A DNA stretch of 63,998 bases, filler included, from Ionaspis alba (taxonomy: Eukaryota): the NCBI GenBank assembly GCA_964255285.1. It is 3 parts of 3 records of this genome, joined end to end, with 100 filler letters (N's around TTAATTAATTAA, not from the genome) between each part and the next. Parts side by side here need not be neighbours in the genome. Positions count along the whole stretch, not along the records: positions 23,800 to 47,382 come from CAXUUL010000183.1; positions 47,483 to 63,998 come from CAXUUL010000344.1; 1 more part is not named here. The stretch is one strand, 5' to 3'. Within the stretch, counting starts at the first letter, position 1, and each line of letters opens with the position of its first letter. Position numbers and translations under genes: made by a program. Below are positions 38,039 through 51,273 of the stretch, in pieces. Under the pieces are notes generated by a model. That model had not been told where the DNA came from, did not search any database, and saw only the letters and a list, made by a program, of their open reading frames with translations.

Positions 38039-39190
38039 TCAATCCGAGTCCAAAACCACAACCTCTGCTTCCACCTCTCCCACACTCTCCACTCCCAGCA
38101 CATCTCCAGCATCTACTCCCTCAACAAACGCCCCATCACCTTCAGACAAGACCGCCCCTTCCCTTCCATCAAGTCTAATCTTCGAACTCCCCCCCTTCGT
38201 CATCGGCAAATGTACATACACCTTCCTCCCCTTCCTCTTCTCAACCTTATCCCCCGCACCCACCGTCCACTCAAACCGCTTGTCCACCGGTATTATCGCT
38301 GCACCCATCATCAGGTCCGCATGTATCGGTATCGTATTTTCAATCTTCGGCACAGCCGCGGCCTCCTGCTCGGGTGTGGCAGACGGCCCTGCAGCAAGCG
38401 GCGAGAGTATTGGAACAAACGCCTGGCGTTTGGTACCTTCGGGGAAGGTTTGAGTGTGGTACCGCGGTGTCAGACCGCGCGCCCATGGCGTCGCCCAGAT
38501 TTGCAGGAAGTGGACCCAGTCGGAGGATTCGTTTTGTTCGCTGTGAGCGATACCTGTAGGTAGAAAAGCCGTCAGTATATCGTACTCTCGTTTGCGAAGT
38601 GTCCAGAGGCTTGGGGAGTGGACGAGGAGGTTAAGAAATTGAACTGACCTTTTCCGCCGGTCGTGAATTGCACATCTCCTCTCTTCATGCGGTAGAAGTC
38701 ATCTTTTCCGGTGCTTTTGGACTCTTGGCCTTTCTTCACCATTGAATCCCGGTGCGTCAGTTCTCCGCTGAGGATGTAGCTGAAAATCTCGGCATCTTGG
38801 TGAGGATGAGTGGGGAAGCCGGTGTGAGCAGCGACGCGGTCTTCGTTTAAAACTCGCAGGGAGCCGAAGTGCATGTACGAGGGGTCGTAATAATTTGCGA
38901 ACGAGACTGGAGGAGAGTATTAGCCAGGGTTTTGTCAAGGGAAGGGAAGAGAGAGGATTACAGGTGTGGTACGTATTTAGCCAGCCATGATCCGCATGGC
39001 CCCGCGCGGATGAGGGACGAGGTGTTATTTTTGCGTGGGTAAGTGCTTTGGTCATGGCTGCGCGGGCTGTGCTCATGGAGCTTCTTTTCGGGTTTGAGAA
39101 ATATGTATTGATATACTGGAATAAGGAGGTGCAGTAGAATGCAGAAAATACGACAACGACGATTGAAGAGATGAGAAAGGAGAATCTCAT
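38039..39190 (-). CDS. Pirin-family bicupin (YhhW-like), 3 exons
   Basis: RGHADHGWLNTYHT|FSFA, FGSLRVLNEDRV, GFPTHPHQDAEIFSYILSGELTHRDSM, HSE. Hydrophobic N-terminal extension. Confidence 0.9.
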
Positions 39191-39847
39191 GGGAAACAGT
39201 CAATTTATAGTCCTGAATATAACAATCGCAGACGAAAGGAAAGCGCTTCTAGAACTGTTGTTAAGCATTATCAACATATTATATTCACCCGTGCCTTCCG
39301 GATGGCCTCGTTTAGTCAGGGCTTACAGAATCCGGGGAAATCTCAGCCAAGCATTGCATCAGTGGGTGTGACTGTAGGGCTGCATCTAGATCTTAACCAT
39401 TTGAAGTATGGTTGATCTTTATTAGCGGATTCAACACCGTCCTCAAAATGGAGTATGTACAACAGCGAGTTCACTACAATTATCAAGACCTTGCTCATAG
39501 CACTGATAATTCTATTCGTCAATCCGCAACCTTTCTACTTTCAGAGTTTTCCTTGGGTTTCTGCATCTGAGGAGTAATCCTCGGCCACTATTGCTGTATC
39601 GAAGGGTTTTGTCCATTCCACTACTACATACATTGCCCTTAGAGCTTTCCACTTCACTGTCAGTGATGTCCATCGCTAGTGCAGCACAAACAAAGCCCCG
39701 AACAATCATCCATTTCCTTCAAAACGCCTTCGTTCTTCATGTAATTCGGCATCCTGTTCATTCACAATCCCTGCTTGATATCCGACCCGACCAGACCACC
39801 TCAACCCTCCACCCTTTGCTATTTGCCAACCAAAAGTCATAATCTCT

Positions 39848-41020
39848 TCAAGACCTCATAGTCCCAGTCTCGCCCTCCGAGTCACTCAAACTATCCCTTC
39901 TCCTTCCTCCGCCACGCCGAAACCCATTTCCTCCCTGATTCAAACCAGGAATAGGATGGAAATAAGCCTTCGTGTTCCTCGTCTGCTCCGTTCCAGCCTC
40001 CGACCCTGAGTATCTAGTCTCGAAGTCAATTGGCTCGGTATAGCTGCCTGGCATACTGGTCCGACTAGCCGTCTGATGCCTAGGCGCGGCTTTCTTCGTC
40101 GGCGATGGCTGGCGTGAACGTGTAGGAGTATGAGTGGGTGTGCTGGTGTTCGAGTGGCGGTTGTGAGCTGGTGAAGAACGGAGCGGACGGTGAGAGTCGT
40201 CAGAATAGACCGAGAAGGTGGATTCATTGCCAGGAGCGTACGAGAAGTTGCGAGGTTTGCTAGGCGTGGTATTGACGGGTTTGTATGGTCGGTGGGAGCG
40301 GGGACTGGCAGCGATGTCGGACGGGTCGGTAGCAGTGTAGTCGTGATAGGAACCATCAGGTGCTCGATTGAGACCACCTACTCGAGCTGGCTTCTCGTGG
40401 CGATAGGCACGCACGTCATCGTCGTTCTTGTTCTTGCCCGCTTTCTTAACATGTTTCTTCACTCCTTTCTTCACTCCTTTCTTCCCACGACCAGGTTTCT
40501 CACGAATGGAGATGAAGTCGTCGTCGAGGTTGGTCGAGGAAACAATACTGCCACCGCCGAGCTCGGTCGTTTTAGTAGCGTTGCTCATGGTCTTGCCGTC
40601 AGGGCCTTTGCGCCTAAGAACGGTAGTCTTGTAGTCATCCCAGTCGCCTTTGCGGAAGTGGAAGCCTCCATTCTTGGCCCAAAAGAAGAACCAGATGCTA
40701 GCGATGACGAGACCGGCGGAGAGCAGCCCAAACAAAGCTAGAATGCCTTTGTTGTTGATGTCGAAGGGGTCGACCACCCAGCCTCCTCGCTGAGATTGGT
40801 CTTGAGAGGGAGCAGGAGAAGGTTTGTCGCGTGCATGTAGCAGAGAATATTCTTCGAAGGGTGAAGTCGGATCTGAGCGTTCCGCGAGTGAGATGAAAGT
40901 CTCGGGAGTCGAGCGGCTTGAAAGCTTTGCAACATTTGCTGGTGAAGTTCGTCGATCGAGTTCAAGAGAGGATATCGAAAGGTCCGGGATGAGTGTGAAA
41001 ACTGAAGGTATTGGAGCCAT
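39848..41020 (-). CDS. Fungal single-pass membrane protein of unknown function
   Basis: 390-aa ORF with TM GILALFGLLSAGLVIASIWFFFWAKNGG followed by DWDDYKTTVLRRKGPDG and a disordered tail. Confidence 0.75.
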   Translation of the reverse strand: MAPIPSVFTLIPDLSISSLELDRRTSPANVAKLSSRSTPETFISLAERSDPTSPFEEYSLLHARDKPSPAPSQDQSQRGGWVVDPFDINNKGILALFGLLSAGLVIASIWFFFWAKNGGFHFRKGDWDDYKTTVLRRKGPDGKTMSNATKTTELGGGSIVSSTNLDDDFISIREKPGRGKKGVKKGVKKHVKKAGKNKNDDDVRAYRHEKPARVGGLNRAPDGSYHDYTATDPSDIAASPRSHRPYKPVNTTPSKPRNFSYAPGNESTFSVYSDDSHRPLRSSPAHNRHSNTSTPTHTPTRSRQPSPTKKAAPRHQTASRTSMPGSYTEPIDFETRYSGSEAGTEQTRNTKAYFHPIPGLNQGGNGFRRGGGRRRDSLSDSEGETGTMRS

Positions 41021-41651
41021 AACGAACAGTATCAGAAGATAGAGTCAAGAAGTTGTTCACTCGTGAGCCGGAGCTCAGCACCGGTAGAGCTCGTTGCTAT
41101 GTTGTGTGTGTTGCCTATCGCTCTTTCGATATACAATGTTCTGCGATGATTTCGAGGATAGCTGGGCTTTCAGCTACGACAATTGCAGTGAAAATGCGAC
41201 TACACAGAATCACCAGCATTCGATAAGCTGATAAGTTGCAAAGAGTGCGTAAGGAGAATATTATCTTTCCATAATGAAATGATTTCGTGGTTGGGGAGTA
41301 ATTCGAGGGGCTGGGTTATGACGCTGTTTGTTGACCTCTCCTAGCGCAAATCCGCCTAGCAACGCCTGACCAAAAGCTTGGCACTCGATCTTCGGGCCAA
41401 GCCCCACGGATCCGATAGTAAGCACCATATTAGCCATTGGAGCTTTGATGGCAATGAAGAACACCAATTCTCCCATCGTGTAAATCTAATACTGGGAGTG
41501 GTTGACTTTTTTCCAGGTAACGATTAGACCAGCGTTGCCTACAGCCAACCCCGAGCTGGTATCCCTAGAGAGAGAAGAGATATATACAGACACCCAAGCT
41601 GGCAACAACGCCATTCGCGATGCTACAAATGTCAATCGTTCACTACAAGTA

Positions 41652-44152
41652 TCAATGTTGCTGTTTACCGGCTTTTTCCAAAACCTCCTCTGCCGTAGTC
41701 TCCTTGCCCTTCCCGACATTCAGCCCCTCTTCGTTTACGAGTTCAAGGTCTTGCTCGTCGTGATCGTGCAACGCATCCTCTTTATCCGTTGGCGGACCTC
41801 TAGGTTCAGGAGAAATGTTCATGGAGCTTGTGCTCTCTACTGCATCTCCACCACTCATTTGCCATTCCATTAATTTGGTGAAGGCACCATTTGGATTGTT
41901 TGATAGTTGTTGGTATGTGCCCTGTTCAGCGACTTTTCCGTCTGATGAGAGTACAATCACACGGTCAGATCTCTTGATTGTAGAGAGCCGATGGGCAATT
42001 GAAATCGTAGTATTGTTCCCACGGAGAAGAGCTGCCAGCGCGGAATTAACAAGTGTTTCGGATTCGGCGTCCAATGCGGAGGTAGCTGAAGAGTATCAGC
42101 AGAGTTCGACTAAATGGTTCAGGACATCGAGACATACCTTCGTCAAGAATCAATATATCCGGGTTCTTGACCAGTGCTCGAGCAATTGCTATTCTTTGCT
42201 TCTGACCACCGGAGAGTTGGCCACCTCTGGCGCCGACAGACGTATCGAGGCCGTCTGGAAAATCACTAATGAATTGGCAATTGGCTTTTTTGGCTGCAGT
42301 AATAATCTCTGCCCGAGTTGCGTTTGGTTTCCCATATGCTATATTCTCCGCCACAGTTCCTGAGAAAAGAACCGGCTCTTGGGCAACAATACCAATCTTT
42401 CGTCGTAAAGATTTGACATTCATTGTGGAAATGTCAACACCGTTGATCTTGATCGCGCCCTTGGTTGGCGTATAAAAGCGAAGCATCAAGGAAGCGATGG
42501 TTGATTTGCCACCACCTGAAGGCCCAACAATGGCAACATTCGTTCCCTGTGGTATCTCGAAGTCCAAGTCATTGAAAATATTGACAGCAGGCCTTGTGGG
42601 ATAGCTGAAAGAAAGGTTTTCGAACCTGATCGGTCCGCGCGCTGACTTGACTGGTAGACCAACGGTGGGAGAAATCGTTGGCTGCCTGTCCTGCAGTTCA
42701 AAGAGTCGACTGGCAGCGCCAACACCTTTCATGAGTTCAGAATAGAACCCAGAGAGTCCGAACAAGCTCGAACCGGCATAGGCAGTATACATCAGGAACG
42801 AAGTCAAGTCACCAATGCTAATAGCTCCAGACTTGACCATACCTCCTCCGACGTAAAGAATAGCAAGAATGGTCATGTTACCCATTAATCCGGTCTAGAT
42901 TTTCATCAGCACACCTCCACGGAATGAGTTGGAATATACTTACGGTACTGAAGAAAGTTGCACTTATCAAAGCCTCCTTCTTACCAAGACCAAAAATCTT
43001 CTTCACTTGTTTATTGTACCTAGCAACTTCTAAAATCTCGCCCGCAAATGCTTGACTTGTTCTTACATTCCCGAGTCTTTCCTCAGCGATCTTAGTTAAT
43101 GTCCCCAGATTTCGTTGGATTGTTCGACTAAGGTTCCTGATCGCCTTCCCATAGAAGAAAGCTCCAATGGCAACAGGAGGAAACATCAAGGTCAAGATCC
43201 CGGTCAATTGCAGGCTCACATAGGCCATCAAGCCGAAAGCAGCGCCACCACTAACGAGAGACCGGAGCCCGTCAGATAGATTCTGGGTGATGCTCTTCCC
43301 AACGATGATGGTATCGGAGCTCAAGCGCGAGATCAAATCCCCAACCCTATTCGCATCAAAGAATTCTGCGTTCTGAACGAAAGTACGTCTGAAGAGCTGC
43401 GAGCGCAAACGAGCCACTATTCGTTCACCAACTATGCGGAGGATGATGATACGTCCATAATTTGCTCCAGCTCCAACAGTCAGCACGGCTCCTAGAGCAA
43501 TGTAGAACGTGGTAAGGTCGAGACCGAATAGGGTATCTCCACTATTTGCCTTAGTTGCGATGTCAAGGATCTTGCCAATCGAGAAAGGTATAGACATGGA
43601 TATTGAGGATGATATCAGGAGGAACACAAGCGCAAAGGAGAGGATCTTAGCCTCGGGCTTTGCGATCTTGATGAGCCTCCAAATTTCACCAAGACCAGCC
43701 GTCTGCCCCTGATGCTTTCCATCCTTGGCTAGACGTGCACTGAGGTTGACTTGTGCGGCCTGTGTAGCCTTCTCGGACCTCGTGAATCCCCGTTCTTCAT
43801 CTTCATGACTCTCTTCTTCATTGTCCTTCTTCTTCCGCAATTCCTCCTCGTTTCGTACAAAGTCCTGCCTAGCCTCCCGGCATACTTGTGCAGTGGTGAA
43901 TAAACGAAACCCTTGATGGAAACCGGGGCGAACGATGGAAATTCGTTGAAACGGTGTCGGGGCCGAGACGAATAGGCTCTTATGTGAAGTAGGACCACAC
44001 TGTCGACCTGAAAAGCCAAAATATCTCAGAGAGTCTTGAGAGTGCGATAGTGCGTCTCGGTGTAGAGATCGAATCGCTGCGGGCGAAGAGCGCAGGTTAT
44101 GGGCTGTTGAAGCTCTCCATATATTGCGGAAGAGCAGCCCAGAGCTGCGCAT
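41652..44152 (-). CDS. Mitochondrial half-size ABCB peptide transporter (Mdl1/Mdl2-like)
   Basis: Presequence, TM domain, Walker A GPSGGGKST, signature LSGGQKQRIAIAR, ILILDE|ATSALD. Two introns. Confidence 0.93.
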
Positions 44153-44427
44153 CCTTCGGGCCACAAAATTTCTCGATTCGTCGTTACCGCTGCAAATCCC
44201 TCATCTTGAGTAGAGTACACATATCAAGTGAAGCTTCATAGTATGGAGAACGGAGGACTGTCGAAGTACACTCGTGGCCCCATCTTGCTTGCCTATGTCA
44301 GAAAACAAATCACGCTAAGCAAAATTACGTGACGTGCATGACTCCATTGGCGGAGTAAGCTCTCAGAGCCTCAGTTGATGCCGGAGATCCCCCACGCTAA
44401 ACGTAGTCTGCTTCTTTGATTCGAGCA

Positions 44428-44455
44428 TATTCCATATTCCATATTCCACATTCCA
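44428..44455 (+). repeat. Short tandem repeat (TATTCCA)x3 plus degenerate copy in CDC37 5' region
   Basis: tattccatattccatattccacattcca read directly. Confidence 0.7.
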
Positions 44456-44496
44456 TTCGCGATTTGCATCTATCTACAGACGATCAAGTTGTAACA

Positions 44497-46095
44497 ATGG
44501 TCCTGGACTACAGCAAGTGGGATGCTCTTGAGCTCTCCGACGACTCCGATTTCGAGCCGCATCCTAACGTCGACAAGCGCTCTTTCATTCGAGCCAAACA
44601 AAATAAAATACACCAAGAGCGGTACGAGAGAAGGCACAAGATTGAGACCTACAAATACGAGCGGATCATCAACGATGGACTACTCAGGCGAATCGACACA
44701 CTCTTGTCAGAGTTGCGGGGTCATGAAGCGGAGGCCAAAGATCGGAATGCTTTCATTTATCAAGCTTTGATAGCTTCCGCGGGAGACCCGGATGACGACG
44801 AACCTCCCAAAGCCCCCGAGGGTGTACACAGCAAAGAGGAACAGCCCAGGTATTCGCAAATGATGGGCCATCTTGTCGATCAGGTCAAGAAAGAAGTTGA
44901 TGACTCAAAGACCGATGACTGGTTTAAGGCATTCGTGAAGGGAGTTGAAGGTCATAGGAAGAAAGTGCTTGGATTACAAAAAGAGTTAAATGAGCAATTG
45001 AGTATACTGGAGAAAGAAGAAAGCAGGAAGATCACAAGTGATAGCATCCATGACGGATTTAACTCCTCTTCGGTCACAAAGGAGACGCCTAAGCCTGCAC
45101 CCACAAAGAATACGAAAGGGCAGACTGTCGAAGTGTTGAACCCAGCTGCTCTGAAAAAAGAGGAGTTCAAGCGCTTAGATGAGGCTCAGTCATCTGGAGC
45201 GGATGCAGACATCGACGAAGATGCAGGAGCTCTCGATGATAAAGGGGAGGATGACGAGCACATCGAGCCTAGCGAGTTGGGCAAGAAGTTTGCCAAGATA
45301 AAATATGGCGACTATAAGTCGTGCCTTCAGTTCATATCTGAGAATCCTACCGTGTTGGCCGAAAAGGAGACAGACGGTCTGCTGGTCTCAGGTTTCGACG
45401 CGCAAATGAAAGGTAATGCAGATTTTGCCAGACTATGTGTGCACCAAGCGCTACTGCTCCAATACTGTCGATCACTCGGCAAGGATGGGGTAAGATTGTT
45501 TTTCAAGCGGTCAGTAGCCTTTGTCATTTTCTATATTGTCAGTGGAAATTAACTTTAGCGTAGCATCACAACACCCGGTCACCAAGCCCAAAAAGTCTTC
45601 CTCGACGATGTTGCATCAACATATCAGCGCATCAAGACACGGACTGCGGAGCTCAATGCCGAGCGGGCCGCGAATCCAATTCCAGAAGGTGGCGTCGAGC
45701 AAATACAGCTTCAAGCAGTCGAACCAGGAACCGAAATTCACATCAATGTTCCACAGCCTGACAGCACGGAAGAGGTGGAGCAGCAAGCTCGCGCAGTCTT
45801 CGAGTCTTTCCCTCCCGGTTTGCAGCGAGCATTGGAAAGCGGGAGCCTCGATCGTGTGAACGAGGTTCTAGGAAAGATGAGCGTTGAAGAAGCCGAGGAA
45901 GTTGTTGGCCAATTGGGGGAGGCTGGTATGCTGGATATGCGGCAGGGAGTCATCGATGGGACCACCGAGGAGGGCAAGGAGCAACTGAGACAGATCCACG
46001 ATCATGCTGGGGATGTTGGGAAAGCTGACAAACCTGCCGCGGATGGGCGCGTAGCGAATCGTGTCGATGAAGTGGAAGTAGCTGATCCAGACTAA
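44497..46095 (+). CDS. CDC37: Hsp90 kinase co-chaperone Cdc37
   Basis: MVLDYSKWDALELSDDSDFEPHPNVDKRSF, VHQALLLQYC, VFESFPPGLQRALE. Intron about 45510-45563. Confidence 0.96.
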
Positions 46096-46332
46096 TCTGC
46101 TATACGACAAACAACAGTCCACAAATGTCTGCCATCATTCTATTACAATTACTGGTCGACCATATCATGCTTGCATTGGTATACAAGTCTATCAAGCCCA
46201 ATTGATCGCATGAGCTGCAGGTGACGAAAATGATCTTCTACATCCATTGCCTTGCTCGTAAACGCCGATAATATGTCCCGTGATCCCGCTCTTCACATTG
46301 CGTTTGGCCAGACTATATCTTGCCGTCCAGTC

Positions 46333-47254
46333 TCAAACCCCAGCCGCACCAGGCGCTTTCTCATCCTTCTTCAGTGTCGTTAAAAGCTCCCTAAACCTCT
46401 CCTTCCCGGTTCCGCTTGCCCCACCTCTCGCGCCCTTTCCACTCAGATCCACCAGCTTGGCAATCCTCTCCCAACTCGTGCCTCCTGCAGACGTATCCTC
46501 CCTGTTCGCCATGAATTCCTCCGCCTCCTTACGCGTCTGGGTAATCGTCTTATCTTTCTTCGTGTTGTAGTTCTCGTAGAAGTCATCGATGGCTGTCTGT
46601 GCTGCTTTAACTGTCTCGGCCTTCTTCTTCTCCGCAGTTTCGGAACGGTGTTGAAGAGCCAAGTCACGGCGCTCGCGCCAGGATCTAGCAAGCTGTTAGC
46701 GAGGTTGATACGGGGACGCAAAAGAGTGGTGGCTCACTTGATGACTTCAGGTTCTTCTTCCGGAGCGCTGTAATTGCTGTAGCCTTGCGATTGCCCCGGT
46801 AGTCCTGTGCCAGTTATGGAGCCTCCGGGTGCTACTCGCTAAATCGAAAATCAGCTTCGACAGGCTGTTGAGGGTTCCGAACCAGCTTACCTCGTTGCGT
46901 GTATCAATGGCAGGAAATGAGCTCTCGAACTCTGTCACTTCTTCGCCACCAGTGTGCCCACCACTGTAGTCTCCGCCACCTAATAGGTCGTCATCGTCGT
47001 CCTCCACGGACGCCCCAACGTTGTCGCCTGCAGATGTGAATTGGGCTGCATCGTCGCCGAGAGCTGCCCGCTCACGGGATAGGAAGTCGTCATCTTCCAG
47101 GCCATCGATACCAGAGCTGTCGTTGCCCTGAGGCTCTGTTTGGCCTGTTTATCGAGCTTGACTTAGTATATGGAAGTTCCACCAGACGCTTCGGAATAGC
47201 TAGGAACGGCTTACCTTCATTGAAGTCCTCCAAGGATGGGAACCGGTCGGCCAT
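46333..47254 (-). CDS. CLC1: Clathrin light chain
   Basis: MADRFPSLEDF.., DFLSRERAALGDDA, FESSFP, GGTSWERIAKLVD, ERFRELL. Three introns. Confidence 0.92.
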
Positions 47255-47382
47255 ATTGCAAAGCAGTGAAGAAAGAAGCGACTAGGAGAAGGAGTTGTAA
47301 TTGAATGTGCTGAGACTGCTCCTTTTTGATTATTGTACTAGAATCTGGTGTTGATGCAGCTGCCCATTGATCGCTTTAGCAC

Positions 47383-47482
47383 NNNNNNNNNNNNNNNNNN
47401 NNNNNNNNNNNNNNNNNNNNNNNNNNTTAATTAATTAANNNNNNNNNNNNNNNNNNNNNNNNNNNNNNNNNNNNNNNNNNNN
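47383..47482. other. Assembly gap with artificial TTAATTAATTAA linker (47427-47438)
   Basis: Same 100-nt N plus linker structure as at 23700. Confidence 0.95.
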
Positions 47483-50038
47483 CTCCACAGCCTCAATCTT
47501 AAACTGATACTTCAAACAATCCTTCACGGTAACCAACCCCGCCACCCTCCCCTTAAACTCCACAACCACAACCCTCGGTCCCATCTTCTTGAAAATCTCC
47601 ATCACCGTCTCGAGCGCCAACCGCGGATGCACCGTCAACGGCGTCGGATCCACAAACCGACTGAAATCCATCGTCTGAGACCCCGATCCCGACCCCGTCG
47701 CTGATCCCATCCCCTCGAACGTCACGGGCGGCACACTCGCCGTCGGGGTCCGCGTGGCGGAGCTCTCGGGTGCGTGGAACACGCATTTGGCGTTCCCGCC
47801 CAGACCGACCGGGTTTTCTTTCCGCGTTCGCTCGATGGCGTAGCGCAGTTCGGTGCGGCCGATGTAGCCGAGGAGGATTTTGGAGGCGCGGTCTTCGACG
47901 ATGGGGAAGCCTTGGTAGGCGTTTGTGCGGAGGACGGTTTCGAGTTGGCGCAGGCTGAGGCCTGTCGAGGGGAGGAGGACGAGCGAGGTGGAGGGCGTCA
48001 TGACGGTTGAGACGGGGACCGAGAAGGTGTGTTCTTCTTTTGTGGAGAGGTAGGGGAAGCCGGAGAAGGCGATGGCGCGGTCGGCGATGCCGCCGGGGGG
48101 GAAGTAGGTTGAGACTGCTTTGGTGGTGCCGACGACGATCTAGTTGAGAAACTTATTAGCATGAAGGTTTATGGAATATTATCAGTTCGAAAAGATACGA
48201 GGAACATTAATGGTGGATGTCAATCGAAGCTTGGGAATGGATCTTACCATCGTCGGGAGAATGTAGGTCAAGGCTCCTGTGAGCTCGAACATGATCACCA
48301 CAACAGAGACGGTGATGTGCATGATTCCGCTAAGAGCTGCTCCAGCACCGAGAAAAGCATAGGTTCCGGGTGTAATACAGGGAATATCGGGCTGACAGGA
48401 AGCGAAGAAGCGGGAGTCAGGAAAGGATTCATGGAGAGCTTCGACGAGGATTCCAACCATCCTTCCGAAAGACGCTCCGATAGCCATGGATGGGACAAAG
48501 ATACCTGCAGGTACTTTGCAACCATAAGAGATGATGACGAGGAAGGTCCGCATTATCGTGGCAAATGCCAAGGAGAGCACCATGGTCCATCGATTCTTTG
48601 CCCTGAAAGCCCATTAGTGTCCAGTCGTAGTCAAAAGAGTACAAGAACTCACTCGCACAACCCATCATAGTCATGTCCACCCTCACATTCGAGAAACAGA
48701 ATCTCCATACTCTCGGTCATATCAATCCTCAAAAACATGTTCGGATAGCAAAGTAGCGCCGTGCCAGCGGCGAGTAAAGTAGCTTCGGGTATAGCGTATT
48801 TCGTCAGATACTTTTTCCTGAACGCCTGAGCCCGTAGGTTCCATTTGATAACGAGAGCGCCGTAGAGGCCTCCAAAGACGCCGATGAAGATGAAGAAGAT
48901 GATTTCGAAGAAATGCCAGGATCGATCGTAGCTGACTGTGAACATGACCAATTGGCCAGTGCGGAAAGGATTCATTGCCTGCGTAATACTATTAGTGCTC
49001 ATTTTGACAATGATACAGACTCAGTGATACTGACCGCTAGAACTGCGGTAGCAACTAATGCACAAAAATAACTCCGCCACATGGTCTTCAAGGGAAAGTA
49101 TGAAGACATTTCCTATCCATGTTTGTTAGTCCAAGCTCCATCACGCTCTTCCCTCGATCAGCCCTTACCTCTAGCGAAAACAAAACGCCTCCTATAGGAC
49201 TTCCAAACGCCACTGCGACTCCTGCTGCTGCGCTTGCACTAAGAATCTCCCGAGTCTTCGCTGCGTTCCGCTTATATTTGTGAAACCATCGTGATATGAC
49301 ATTGCCCGTGCACACAGCGTAATGCACACTGGGTCCTTCTTTTCCAACGGATAGGCCGGACGCAATGGCAAGTGGTAAGCATATCGACTTGATGAGCAGT
49401 GTCCAAAAGCCTAGAAAGCCCTTCATGACAAAGCCTGCAATAATGCATTTTATCTCCGATATACCAGATCCTGCCGCGTAAGGGGCAAAAGATTTCACAA
49501 GAATAGCGGAGGTGAAAGCGAAGACTATCTGTCAGAGTATTAGCTACCCGACAATTGAGGAATTGAGACGATAGACTCACCGAGAAGATGAAGTAAAGAA
49601 AGTAATTAATCGGCCATATTCCGCTCCATCTATGCCATTCTTCGCACCCTACCAATCATTAGCAATACCTTAAGCAGACAAGTATCGTAGCTGACCATTC
49701 TCAGCACCCCAACAGCAAAAGCTCTCATTCAGATAAAAGGCCGTCGTGCAATACCCCAGTTTAATATCGGACAACCATTCCGTGACAATATTCAGAAACG
49801 CCGCATTCAAGCCAATCGCAGCTCCCACGAGCGTCACCACAATCCAGGCCTGTCCCGCATCGTAATTCTCCCAAACCTTATGTCTGATCCCAAAACGCCC
49901 TTTATGCCCCGAAAATGCATTCTCTTTCCTCCTCGCTCTTCTCCGCAACTGCTCCCGCGCAGCATCCTGTACCCAATCTATCGTCGTAAAGTCTTCATAG
50001 CGTTTGATCTCCTCAATCTCTTGTGTAATCTGCTCCTC
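47483..50038 (-). CDS. CLC chloride channel/exchanger (Gef1-like), truncated by gaps at both ends
   Basis: [18 protein letters not shown] motifs and C-terminal CBS domains (YQGFPIV; VTVKD). Multiple introns. Confidence 0.93.
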
Positions 50039-50384
50039 NNNNNNNNNNNNNNNNNNNNNNNNNNNNNNNNNNNNNNNNNNNNNNNNNNNNNNNNNNNNNN
50101 NNNNNNNNNNNNNNNNNNNNNNNNNNNNNNNNNNNNNNGGCTAGCATCGGGAGGTCTCGGTCCGACGCGAAGGGCAAGGGTTCGCGGAAGTGATTCCGCT
50201 CATATCAACGCGAGCTTTCTCACAAGAAGCGAATTATTACCCAGACATCTGCAATCAAAGCACGAAGACAGATTGAAGCCTCTCTTCCAAGGTAGAATTG
50301 CTCCTTGGTCTCCGTTGTCACTTGAGCATTAGTGTTAGTATCAATTCGATAGGCGCAAGTCCGGACCCTGTCCGCACGCGCAAA

Positions 50385-51273
50385 ATGCCCTACAACAACA
50401 CGGCAATCCCTCCTCCGGAGCGAATAACGGGCTCTGCTGCTCTACCACGTAAGTCCTACTCTTCACCATAACCTGGTCGTCCAAAGTCTCCTCCACCATT
50501 CATACCTCTAATCTTCGTAACTAGTCGCCCGCGTCAAGAAAATCCTCCAAATAGACGAAGACATCTCCCAAGTCTCCAACAATGCCGCCTTCGCCATAAC
50601 CCTTGCCACCGTACGTTTCGCTTTTCTCCCCAATCCTTCCATACTCGACCACCTTAGTTAATGCACCAATCTTCCCAGGAAATGTTCATCCGCCACCTCG
50701 CCGACCAAGCCTCCACCGTCGCCAAAGCCGAAGCCAAACCCCGCCGTAACCTGCAATACAAAGACCTCGGTACATCTCTCCTCTCCCCATCTCTCGTTCC
50801 CATCAGCTTCCCATCCCACAGCAACATTCCTCTCCAGCGGCCACCGGCTAAATTCTACTCCCTCAACAGCAACAGCAATCACCCGCCTCGACGCCCTCGA
50901 ATTCCTCTCCGACATCATCCCCCGCACCACCACCCTCCGCGAACACCGCGAGAAGCGAGCCCGCGAAACCGGTGCGCCGGGCCGGAAACTAGTCACCAGA
51001 CCGCTTGCTGCGGGCCAGACGACACTCGATGGGCGGAGAGCTGGGTTGGGGGATTTGGGCCATGAGGAAGGTATGGGTTTGAATGGTGGGATCGGAGATG
51101 GGCATGGGGAGGGGGAGGAGGAGGAAGAAAGTGGGTTGGAGAGGAGTAGAATGGAGGGTAATAGACCGGGTACGGCGGGGAGCGTGAATGGGAGGGTGAA
51201 TGGTGAGAGGGGGTTGGTGTTTGAGCATTTTGTGCCGAATGGGAGTGGGAGAGGGGATGTGGAGATGGGATGA
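50385..51273 (+). CDS. Histone-fold protein, Dpb3/Dls1/CHRAC-like (4 exons)
   Basis: Spliced ALP|LARVKKILQIDEDI..AFAITLAT|EMFIRHLA..RRNLQYKDL|ATAITRLDALEFLSDIIP. Confidence 0.85.

Noticed and set aside
27988..44152. Apparent cluster of mitochondrial genes (MDM34, COX7, PPR-like, MDL-type)
   Set aside because: Interspersed with unrelated genes and crossed by a gap, so consistent with chance.
44416..44496. TTG-initiated N-terminal extension of CDC37; TTCC repeat as a heat-shock element
   Set aside because: The extension is acidic and repeat-derived, and the 7-nt direct spacing does not fit inverted nGAAn arrays.
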